From positions 1 through 36,019 of the forward strand of contig JAGGZD010000127.1 of the NCBI GenBank assembly GCA_021162245.1: a stretch of 36,019 nucleotides of DNA, read 5' to 3'. Numbering within the stretch: position 1 is the stretch's first letter; each line of letters opens with the position of its first letter. Made by a program: the position numbers and the translations under genes. The notes under the pieces are model-generated. The model searched no databases. It was not told the DNA's origin and saw only the letters and a list, made by a program, of their open reading frames with translations. Positions 7,946-16,312 of this stretch are shown piece by piece. The DNA comes from Dehalococcoidia bacterium. Its GTDB lineage: Bacteria; Chloroflexota; Dehalococcoidia; GIF9; AB-539-J10.

Positions 7946-9351
7946 ATCCTGTCAGACTTTTTTAAACTCCTCATTTTTGCCTTTACTGTCGCTTTTTCGT
8001 AATCAGTTTTTCCTTCCGCCTTAAGATGTTTAAATTGAGCTATCTTTTTTCTTGCTTCCAGTTCAAATCTATTCGCTCCCTCATTCCCTACACCGTGCAA
8101 ATTATTTGTTTCCCCTGGGTCACTCCTTAGATCATATACTTCTTCGCCTAATAGACATCCATCATTAAGGCTCTCGGTGCAAATATATTTCCAACCAGGT
8201 ATACGATAGGCTATATTTCTCTGTCGCAATCCCAATGAGCATATATATGTACTTATAGTCCCTACTTCTCCATTATCTTGATCCTCTATTGTTGGCAACA
8301 AACTTTCTCCCTTAAAACTTCGAGGATTTTCAATTCCCAAAAGGTCAGTCACTGTCGGCGCCAAATCAATGAGGCTAACCTGATTTTCAACCACCACATC
8401 GCTTTCTACACCAGGTCCTGCTATTATCAATGGGACATGGAGTAATTCATCATATACAGTGTTATGTCCAAACCTTCCATGTTCCCCAAATTCATCACCA
8501 TGGTCAGCGGTGACAATTACAATAGTGTTATCCAGGCGATTTCCCAATTTACTCAGCAGTGAGCCTATAACTTCATCAGTATATTTTATTTCAGCATCAT
8601 ATAGGTCAACTAGAATTTTCTTTTCTGTAATAGATATTTCCTCGGGTTTGTGTAACATCTTACGCCATAGAATATTCATTTGACGGCGGCTGACCGATTT
8701 GTGGTAGAACTGGCTAAGGTATTTAGCTGTTGGCATATAAGGGTGATGTACATCCATATAATGAAGCCACAAAAAACAACTACCACCATGGCTCTTATGC
8801 CAAGACAGAGCTTTATCAGTTATTTCTTCAGCGCTAATAATGGGGCGACTGAGCACGCGTGAAAAGACAGGTTTCAATAGGATGCTTGCCCTATCCGCTA
8901 CCTTGGCCACAAAACCACCCGCAGATTTTGCCTTGTTTCTTACCCATAACCGTAATCCTTTGGGAGTGGATTGCCACAAGCTATCATCAAATAGGTCAAA
9001 CCCACGATTATAATTAAGGAAGTGAGATAAATTAGGATTAGAATGAAAAGCAGCAGTATGATAGCTATACTTTTTAAATATCTGAGCCAACGTGACACTC
9101 CGACGGAGTATCGCTTTCCCCCCATTCAACTCTATCGGCGGCAACGCCGATGCTATAATAGAAGGAAAAGCTTGCGGCGTTTGCCCACCATTCGATATCG
9201 CCTGCATAAATTTTACCCCTCTGGTAGCAAGGGCATCTATATTAGGACTGGTATTCCTATGATAACCATAGCAGCCCAGGTGGTCATATCGCAGGCTGTC
9301 TATGGTTATCAGGATTACATTTGGTGCGTCTAATTTTACATTGTTCGTCAT
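7942..9351 (-). CDS. Sulfatase-like hydrolase/transferase (AP superfamily), copy 1
   Basis: PNVILITIDSLRYDH, WLHYMDVHHPY, VTADHGDEFGEHG, EVYDLRSDPGE; ATGA coupling to upstream gene. Confidence 0.9.
   Translation of the reverse strand: MTNNVKLDAPNVILITIDSLRYDHLGCYGYHRNTSPNIDALATRGVKFMQAISNGGQTPQAFPSIIASALPPIELNGGKAILRRSVTLAQIFKKYSYHTAAFHSNPNLSHFLNYNRGFDLFDDSLWQSTPKGLRLWVRNKAKSAGGFVAKVADRASILLKPVFSRVLSRPIISAEEITDKALSWHKSHGGSCFLWLHYMDVHHPYMPTAKYLSQFYHKSVSRRQMNILWRKMLHKPEEISITEKKILVDLYDAEIKYTDEVIGSLLSKLGNRLDNTIVIVTADHGDEFGEHGRFGHNTVYDELLHVPLIIAGPGVESDVVVENQVSLIDLAPTVTDLLGIENPRSFKGESLLPTIEDQDNGEVGTISTYICSLGLRQRNIAYRIPGWKYICTESLNDGCLLGEEVYDLRSDPGETNNLHGVGNEGANRFELEARKKIAQFKHLKAEGKTDYEKATVKAKMRSLKKSDRI
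8131..8210. repeat. 80-bp exact direct repeat, copy B (within a ~270-bp near-identical block, 7942..8210)
   Basis: Identical to 5758..5837; both lie in the 3' ends of the sulfatase-like paralogs. Confidence 0.9.
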
Positions 9352-10973
9352 ATCTTCCGTGACTCCTTCAGTTTACTTATTTTACCTTTCGTCTTATATT
9401 TCTCTCCTGTTGGTTTAATAATAACTTTCCTTTTAGCCGGTTCAGAATCCGGTCTTAATATTTCGGTAAGCACCCTGCCGTCCATATCATCAGGAACTGG
9501 CAACCCAAACATGTGCAAAAGCGTAGGCGTGATGTCGTATATTTTCAGGTTCTCTAGTTTCTCGCTAGTGCTTTTAACATCGGGGCCGTAAGCCATAAAT
9601 GTGCCGTTCCTGGCATGCCATCCTGACCTGGAAGGTGTACGCCATTCAGAAGATTCGTCCCTTCCCCCTCCTACGGGCATATATTTATCAAAGTAGAAAA
9701 CAATATCCGGGCCCTCATCAGCATATTCGCCGCTGTATATTTCTCTACCCTCAAAAACACTAATATTTATCTTCTCCCCTGATTCAGGGTCATTAATTTC
9801 CCGAAGTTTACAGATTATTTTATCCAGCAATTTCTCATAATCTTTACCTGGTTCAACAATTCCTGCCGGCTCTCGTCCTTTAAGATTGATACGTATCGCT
9901 CCAGTACCGCCCTGGCAATAAGCCAGTGTTTTTGACCAGTCAATACTTCGATAAAACTGCGCTATAAGATAACCTTCCTTTTTACGTGTCGACAGTTTCA
10001 TCATTAACCATTCAGGAAGTATACTGGCTATAAACTTTACCATCCATGGATTTAGCGTAGATAAAAGAGAGCCTCTGATCCGCCACAACAGCGAACTACC
10101 TGAGCTATGTTTTGCCTGTGGTAGTAAGGTGAGAAGCCCCTGCTTCTCCAGCCACCTGTTTACCACAAAATCACGATGACAAGTTTGAAATCCATGATCA
10201 GACACAACGATAATATTAGTTTTTTCAGGCAACTTATTTATCAGCTCACCGATAGCACAATCAACTTTCATATAAAGATGTTTTATTACATCTTTATATT
10301 TCTCTCCTTTATGTCCCGGATGACTATCATCCATGTGCTTCCAGAAATAATGTTGAGCGCTGTCAACTGCAAAAAACACACTTACAAAAAGCTCCCAGGA
10401 GAAGGGATCCATCAGATATTTGGCCGCTTTACACCTGTTATCTACCTCTCGCTCCAGGATTTTACTATACTCTGCTTCCTTACCGGGAATAGTCATATCT
10501 GCCGGAGTAAACGGCTCGTACCCCGGGACAGCTTTCTCCAGTTCATGTTTTAACCACGAAGGATATGTATATTCTGACCTACCACTTGCCGGAGCTCCTA
10601 TACCACAAACGACAAAACCATCCACCTTATGAGGGGGAAATGTCATAGCCAGATTAAGAATACCTACAGGGATTCCTGCATCATTCAGCATCTTCCACAG
10701 AGACCACTGTTGGTAGTTCTGAGAAGAGCTAATTTTTATATGGTAATCATCATTAACATCTACGCTAATGAAACCATACATGCCAATTTTACCCGGGTTC
10801 TTGCCGGTAAACATGCACGGCCAGGCTGGGCATGTTACCGGAGGGATAGTGGATTCCAATTCACCATACACCCCTCCTTCCATAATTCGCTTCAAATTCG
10901 GCAGCTCATCTCTCCACTGCTCAATCAGTTTTGGTGAAGCCCCATCTATCCCCAAAATAGCAACCTTATTCAT
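9348..10973 (-). CDS. Alkaline phosphatase superfamily protein (type I phosphodiesterase/nucleotide pyrophosphatase-like)
   Basis: ILGIDGA, STIPPVTCPAW..MFTGKNPGK, DSAQHYFW, VSDHGF, RINLKGREP, SGWHARNG, DITPTLL. Confidence 0.9.
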   Translation of the reverse strand: MNKVAILGIDGASPKLIEQWRDELPNLKRIMEGGVYGELESTIPPVTCPAWPCMFTGKNPGKIGMYGFISVDVNDDYHIKISSSQNYQQWSLWKMLNDAGIPVGILNLAMTFPPHKVDGFVVCGIGAPASGRSEYTYPSWLKHELEKAVPGYEPFTPADMTIPGKEAEYSKILEREVDNRCKAAKYLMDPFSWELFVSVFFAVDSAQHYFWKHMDDSHPGHKGEKYKDVIKHLYMKVDCAIGELINKLPEKTNIIVVSDHGFQTCHRDFVVNRWLEKQGLLTLLPQAKHSSGSSLLWRIRGSLLSTLNPWMVKFIASILPEWLMMKLSTRKKEGYLIAQFYRSIDWSKTLAYCQGGTGAIRINLKGREPAGIVEPGKDYEKLLDKIICKLREINDPESGEKINISVFEGREIYSGEYADEGPDIVFYFDKYMPVGGGRDESSEWRTPSRSGWHARNGTFMAYGPDVKSTSEKLENLKIYDITPTLLHMFGLPVPDDMDGRVLTEILRPDSEPAKRKVIIKPTGEKYKTKGKISKLKESRKI

Positions 10974-11214
10974 AGCTTAACTTCTGCCCATGTTGAGCCC
11001 TTGTCAACGAGTTCAACTGACCTTTCTGCATAATATAACAGCTGATTTACGTACTGGTGAAGAAGTATCCCCTGGCAGTGATGACTTGCCGGCCACACAT
11101 CTACACATCAATTCTATCCAGAAGAGATATTCATTATAGATATTCGTAGCTATTATCTACAGTTTACATACCCTCTTGTATTATTATATCCTACGGGGTA
11201 CCAACTAACAATAA

Positions 11215-11632
11215 AGTGACAGGATAACTGCCGATGAACTACGGGTAATACTTAAAGAGCAACTTTGTTTAGCAACGATAACTTCTTCATTGAACTGGCC
11301 TAAATACAAATCTACTATGGACATCTCCGGTACAAAAGGCAATATGCATATAGATATCAGAAATTTGGCTATTACATTGTCTGGCACCTATGGTAATTCC
11401 CTTAGTTCACGAGCTATGGAAAACCAGCCAACAGAGTTACTCTCTGCTGGCTGGTACTGCCAGCTCAACAATAAAGATGCTGGTCGGTAAATGCCACACA
11501 GGGCATTACAACTTGATTGAGCGATTTTTCAAAGCGATACTGGATGATACCAGGCTCCAGGTGACTGCTGATGAAGGGAGAGAAGTCATGAGAGTTTATG
11601 AAAAAATAGTATCTGGGTTAAACAGTTGCTAA
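11215..11632 (+). pseudogene. C-terminal remnant of a Gfo/Idh/MocA-family oxidoreductase
   Basis: DELRVIL...MDISGTKGNMHIDI then, after a frameshift near 11424, GHYNLIERFFKAILDD...VTADEGREVMRV; no N-terminal Rossmann domain, stop codons upstream of 11215. Confidence 0.65.
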
Positions 11633-11675
11633 TACTCATTTATCCAAGCTGAATATTTATTGCTGTATAGTTCAT

Positions 11676-12725
11676 TCATTCCATATATAACCTGCCAATC
11701 CGCTGTACCACTTCATCCCAGTCCCATAGTTTTACAGCAGATACTTTTTTGCCGACCACATTATTTATTAGCCGTGCTAGCTCCTCATTGTTTATTGGAT
11801 AGTCAATTCCAAAACAATTTTTATTATCAATCCATTCTGATAATGCTGATGTGTTGGCCACAACGCATGGCGTCTTAGCTGCCAGAGCCTCGGCAATAAC
11901 AATAGAAAAGGCTTCGCGTTGAGATAGCAGAACGAATACACCAGCTTTAGCATACATTTTTAAAAGTTCTTGCCCGGACAGGCCTTGATAAAACTTTATT
12001 CGATTATTTAATCCAAGTTTGCTTACCAATCTCACAAGTTTGGCTTTATATGGCCCCTTGCCAACTATTTCCAGACAGAAATCCTTATCTAATAAAGGCA
12101 GCGTTTGGATTATATATTGTGCTCCTTTGTATTCTTCCAGCCTGCCAACATATAAGATAGTTTTTAACTCTCTTGACACTTCTTGCAATTTACTAAACTC
12201 TGATAGATCAACTCCATTAGGGATAATGCTTACTCTATTTTCATCTATAACGAAGTCATTGAGCAAAAGATGCTTCTCATATTTCGAAACAGCGATAATG
12301 CTTTTCGCATTGTCAAATATTTTCCTGCCGAAGGATTTATACAGCCTGATGAGAAAGTTTCGGACTGGGGTATGACCGTGTCCATGATAATGAGGAGTTA
12401 CAACGAATTTCTTTGCATTAGCATTCCTGGCAAAATATAAAGGCAAAGCGTGATAGTTATGGCCATGAACTATATCAAATTCAGATTTCTTGAGTTCCCT
12501 TGCCATCTCAAATGATATATGGTAAGCATCATCTGGAGCGAAAGTCTTGAACCTCCTGACCAGGACCCCATTTATTTCCTCTTGCTTTGGCAACTTTCCT
12601 GTGGGGTCACCGGTGAAAACAGTGACTTGATGTTCTTTAGATAAGCGCTCGCTTATATTCCTGACATGTTCCTCAATGCCACCAATACTAGGGTAATATT
12701 TCGGACATACTTGAAGAATTCTCAT
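11676..12725 (-). CDS. Glycosyltransferase family 4 (GT-B)
   Basis: MRILQVCPKYYPSIGGIEEHV, DIVHGH, IIPNGVD, YVGRLEEYKG, EAFSIVIAEALA. Confidence 0.93.
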   Translation of the reverse strand: MRILQVCPKYYPSIGGIEEHVRNISERLSKEHQVTVFTGDPTGKLPKQEEINGVLVRRFKTFAPDDAYHISFEMARELKKSEFDIVHGHNYHALPLYFARNANAKKFVVTPHYHGHGHTPVRNFLIRLYKSFGRKIFDNAKSIIAVSKYEKHLLLNDFVIDENRVSIIPNGVDLSEFSKLQEVSRELKTILYVGRLEEYKGAQYIIQTLPLLDKDFCLEIVGKGPYKAKLVRLVSKLGLNNRIKFYQGLSGQELLKMYAKAGVFVLLSQREAFSIVIAEALAAKTPCVVANTSALSEWIDNKNCFGIDYPINNEELARLINNVVGKKVSAVKLWDWDEVVQRIGRLYME

Positions 12726-12731
12726 TTGATT

Positions 12732-12854
12732 TTACAAACCTGAAGTAATAATAGGTATGCTACGAGCCATAGCGATTTTGATCATGCCACTGCCAGCAGC
12801 CTTGAGATAAGACAGTACCAATACATCAATGTCAGAGAGATATTTTGGGATCAT
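12732..12854 (-). pseudogene. 40-aa internal remnant of a GT4 glycosyltransferase
   Basis: Manual translation MIPKYLSDIDVLVLSYLKAAGSGMIKIAMARSIPIITSGL* resembles the GT-B nucleotide-binding segment D.LVLPY...SG....AMA.G.P.ITS. Confidence 0.6.
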
Positions 12855-12855
12855 C

Positions 12856-13851
12856 TCAAGTGTTCCTTCTACCAGGACGAAGGTTACGCAAGTTATAACT
12901 CAGATACCCGACAGCAACACAGGCCAGCACTAATTTGGTGACCCATAGCTGGCGCAGGGCAATTTTAGGCTGGCTGAAAAGAAGTTTTATAGAGCTGGGT
13001 ATCAGCTTAGAAAAGATGCGATGGAGAAGCTCATGCTCGGTGGATAATACCTTCTTGCCTCTGCCACCAGAACGATATAGCTTATTAAATATAGCTTTAG
13101 CATAGCCTTCCCAGTAAGCCCTTTTCCTGATAAAGCTGCCGCTAAGCCTGTAGCTATAAACCTTATGTTTTACCCTGATGTGGGGATGATAAACTATACG
13201 CTTACCTGTTTGGCGTTTGACTCTGATGGAGAATTCCGTTTCTTCTCCTCCAGGCTGCTGCCAGTCGCTTTTGCCGCTCTTTTCATCTTCCAGGCTGACT
13301 TTGAAGAATCCACATTGGGCAAAGGCTTCCCTTTTGAATGAAATATTAACCCCATAGCCATTCCTGACCTCGGTGGGTTCAGTCCAGTCCCAGTAGGTAC
13401 AGGAAAATATCCAGTAAAATTCCCTGGGGAACCAGTTCATTGCTTCATCTTCCCACAACGGGAGAATGGGTCCGGTAAGGCCAATAATCGAGCTATCTTC
13501 GGCATAGGCTCTGACTGTTTCCTCCGCCCAACCAGGTAAAAGAAGGGCATCATCATCAACAAAAGCTATGATTTCGCCGCTTGCTTCATTGATCCCGAGA
13601 TTCCGGGATGGATAGGAACCCCTTTTACCCTGGTTGTATAACACCAGAACATTGGGATAATCCTTTTCCTGGGCATAGTTTCTGATGCTTTCCACAAATT
13701 CCGGCGACCTTTCAGCTACAATTATGGTCTCAGTGTTCTTATAATTCTGAGCCTGGATACTATCGAGCAACTCAGTGACATCTTTAAACCTATCCATAGT
13801 GTAGAAAGGCGTGATTATGGATATTTTAGCCAGTTTAGTAGCTGCTGCCAT
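12856..13851 (-). CDS. Glycosyltransferase family 2, archaeal AglG-like
   Basis: SRNLGI, IAFVDDDA, WFPREFYW, EVRNGYGVNISFKRE, GGEETE, VKHKVYSYRL, RAYWEGYAK. Confidence 0.85.
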   Translation of the reverse strand: MAAATKLAKISIITPFYTMDRFKDVTELLDSIQAQNYKNTETIIVAERSPEFVESIRNYAQEKDYPNVLVLYNQGKRGSYPSRNLGINEASGEIIAFVDDDALLLPGWAEETVRAYAEDSSIIGLTGPILPLWEDEAMNWFPREFYWIFSCTYWDWTEPTEVRNGYGVNISFKREAFAQCGFFKVSLEDEKSGKSDWQQPGGEETEFSIRVKRQTGKRIVYHPHIRVKHKVYSYRLSGSFIRKRAYWEGYAKAIFNKLYRSGGRGKKVLSTEHELLHRIFSKLIPSSIKLLFSQPKIALRQLWVTKLVLACVAVGYLSYNLRNLRPGRRNT

Positions 13852-13997
13852 TTTATCTACTTGAAATGCCCCTTACCGCTCGTCTGGCTATTTCGCCACG
13901 CCATAGAGTAATGTGAAAGTATAACAAATTGCTGATTCGAACATCCGATCAACAAGACAGTTCCAGGCAAAGCCAGTATCTCAGGTGGCAAATGTCT

Positions 13998-14678
13998 TCA
14001 CCTTCCTCCAAACTTCTCCCTGAGAATCATCTTCAGTATTTGCCAGCCATGTTTTATCCTGCCAAGTTTTTGTTTCCCCAGTCGGGGGCTGTATTCTATA
14101 GGGAACTCGGCTATCTCCAATTTCATTCTGGCGGCTTTTATAGCTATCTCTGTTTCGACAGTGAAACCTTTTGAATTAAGCTGCATCTGCTCGAACTGGG
14201 CTTTCTTAAGCCCGTAGAGGCCGGTCAGAGGGTCTTTGACCTTGCAGCCGTGGAGATGCCTCAACAGGCACCTGAAAATAAAGTTGCCGATGCGGTTGAG
14301 GCGCGGGATATTCTCTCTCCCTTTTACCCTGGAAGCAACCACCATATCGAAGTGTTCCAGGAATTTTGCTATGTCTGGAATAGCTTCTACAGGATAGGTA
14401 TTATCGGCGTCTGTGAAAATAACGTTCTCGCCCTGGGCTTCCTTTACACCTGCCTTCATTGCCCCACCCTTGCCATGATTTTGCCCTCGCTTTATTAATT
14501 TGCAGGGGAAAGAAGAGGCTCTTTCAGCTGTTTTATCCGTGGAGCCATCATCAACAACAATCACTTCATAACTATCATCTATGATTTTATAAACCTTCTC
14601 CAATACTACAGGTAAACCTTCTTGCTCTTTATATGCTGGAATGATGATGGTATTCTTCATTTTTGTAGATAGCACCAC
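13998..14678 (-). CDS. Glycosyltransferase family 2, polyprenol-phosphate glycosyltransferase (DPM1/AglJ-like); start may be ATG 14660
   Basis: IIPAYKE, VVDDGSTDKT, NHGKGGA, FTDADNTY, RLNRIGN, GFTVETEI, PIEYSPRLG. Confidence 0.88.
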   Translation of the reverse strand: MVLSTKMKNTIIIPAYKEQEGLPVVLEKVYKIIDDSYEVIVVDDGSTDKTAERASSFPCKLIKRGQNHGKGGAMKAGVKEAQGENVIFTDADNTYPVEAIPDIAKFLEHFDMVVASRVKGRENIPRLNRIGNFIFRCLLRHLHGCKVKDPLTGLYGLKKAQFEQMQLNSKGFTVETEIAIKAARMKLEIAEFPIEYSPRLGKQKLGRIKHGWQILKMILREKFGGR

Positions 14679-14933
14679 ATTTCCCTTTGCCTCATTTTCC
14701 TAATCGCCTGCTTTCGTAGCGTCCATATACGATTCCCCAATTTACTCTAGCGATATAATATACTGTGCAGCAAACCCAATGCAACAGGCTCGGCAGGCGA
14801 AGCCCTCCCTGAGAGCGATCCTCTGAACTGCTAACCATGTCAACTCTTCACGACGCTTATAAATCCTTCCTGCCTGTTATTGAAATGAAAGGCATAGACA
14901 CATTGGTGTATAATGGGTTTTAGAGGTGCACAT

Positions 14934-15539
14934 ATGATATCAAACTCACTAGTTCATCCCGTAGGAAAAACCAGAGGGGATAGGGTTGCTATTTTTATAG
15001 ACGGGAGCAATTTATATCACTCTCTACAAACCAATTTTAAGCGCCATAACCTTAACTATGCAGAGTTTACCGCCAAGATTGTCGGGTCAAGACAACTATT
15101 TCGAACATATTATTACAACATCCTGCAGGACTCAGCTCAATGGCCAGGTACATCTCATGAACAACAGGATTTCCTCGATATCCTCCGTAAGACACCATAT
15201 CTGGAGATTCGGCTGGGGACCACCAAAATGGCACAAGGTGGACCTGTTGAAAGAGGCATAGACATAATGTTAGCCACAGATATGCTACGCTTTGCATGGA
15301 ATGACCTCTACGACATAGCAGTCCTGGTGAGCGGAGATTCTGACTTTACTTATGCCCTCCAGGCTGTGAAAGATTTTGGCAAGTACGTGGAGATAGCCTA
15401 CTTCGAAAGAAACACTTCTAAAGACCTCCTGGATATAGCAGATTATCAACACCTGCTCAACCGAAGTTTTTTCAACGGCCTATGGTCAGGCAGACGTCGC
15501 ACAAAACGCAAACGAACAAATACAACAAAGGCAGCATAA
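14934..15539 (+). CDS. NYN domain protein (LabA/DUF88 family)
   Basis: IFIDGSNLY, ERGIDIMLATDM, LVSGDSDF; ATG 14934 follows AGAGGTG RBS. Confidence 0.9.
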   Translation: MISNSLVHPVGKTRGDRVAIFIDGSNLYHSLQTNFKRHNLNYAEFTAKIVGSRQLFRTYYYNILQDSAQWPGTSHEQQDFLDILRKTPYLEIRLGTTKMAQGGPVERGIDIMLATDMLRFAWNDLYDIAVLVSGDSDFTYALQAVKDFGKYVEIAYFERNTSKDLLDIADYQHLLNRSFFNGLWSGRRRTKRKRTNTTKAA

Positions 15540-15639
15540 ATTACTCCCACGATTACATGTCTGGCATACACCTGGTAATTTGAAATCAATTTGATGAGTA
15601 GGCCAGGCGTAGTCAAGAGTAATTAATTAAAACATAGAA

Positions 15640-16308
15640 ATGGCTAAAGACTACTACCAGATTCTGGGCATACCAAGAAACGCTTCGGATAAAGAAATCA
15701 AAAAAGCCTACAGAAAGTTGGCTATGCAATATCACCCAGACCGTAATCCAGGGAAAGGGAAATGGGCTAATGAAAAATTCAAGGAAATAAACGCAGCCTA
15801 CGCAACACTCGGAGACCCCCAAAAAAGAAAACAATATGACCAATATGGCACAGTGGGTAATATCGGCGATATCTTTGGGAGCCCCTTTACCAGAGCGACA
15901 TTCGAGGATACTATAAAGGACTTTGGCGGAGCTGGCCTTGGATTTGACTTTTTAGACAATATATTCGGTGACTTCTTAAAGGGTCAAAAAACTTCATTCT
16001 CCTTTGGAAATTCTACCGCGCCAAGAGGGACAAGGTTTGAAGCTTGGCCAGGAAAAAAATTTAACCTGGACGAAATATTCGGCCAAACTCAAAGAGACCG
16101 CAAAAAACGACATGTCCACTATGAACTTTCAGTTACCCCACAAGAGGCTTTGCACGGGACAGTAAAACTATTGAAACGGAGAGGGAGACGGTTGCAGATA
16201 AAAATCCCCCCGGGAGTAAAAACGGGCAGTATGGTTAGGTTAACCAATGCCCGCCAGGCAACCGATAATCAACCTGGAGACATTTTGATTCGAATTAGAG
16301 TAAAATGA
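15640..16308 (+). CDS. DnaJ-class chaperone (J domain plus short C-terminal domain, no zinc finger; CbpA-like)
   Basis: [48 protein letters not shown]. Confidence 0.88.
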   Translation: MAKDYYQILGIPRNASDKEIKKAYRKLAMQYHPDRNPGKGKWANEKFKEINAAYATLGDPQKRKQYDQYGTVGNIGDIFGSPFTRATFEDTIKDFGGAGLGFDFLDNIFGDFLKGQKTSFSFGNSTAPRGTRFEAWPGKKFNLDEIFGQTQRDRKKRHVHYELSVTPQEALHGTVKLLKRRGRRLQIKIPPGVKTGSMVRLTNARQATDNQPGDILIRIRVK

Positions 16309-16312
16309 ACTC

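Noticed and set aside
14787-14809. GC-rich ggctcggcaggcgaagccctccc as a REP-like element
   Set aside because: Single degenerate copy with weak pairing; cannot be supported without a genome-wide search
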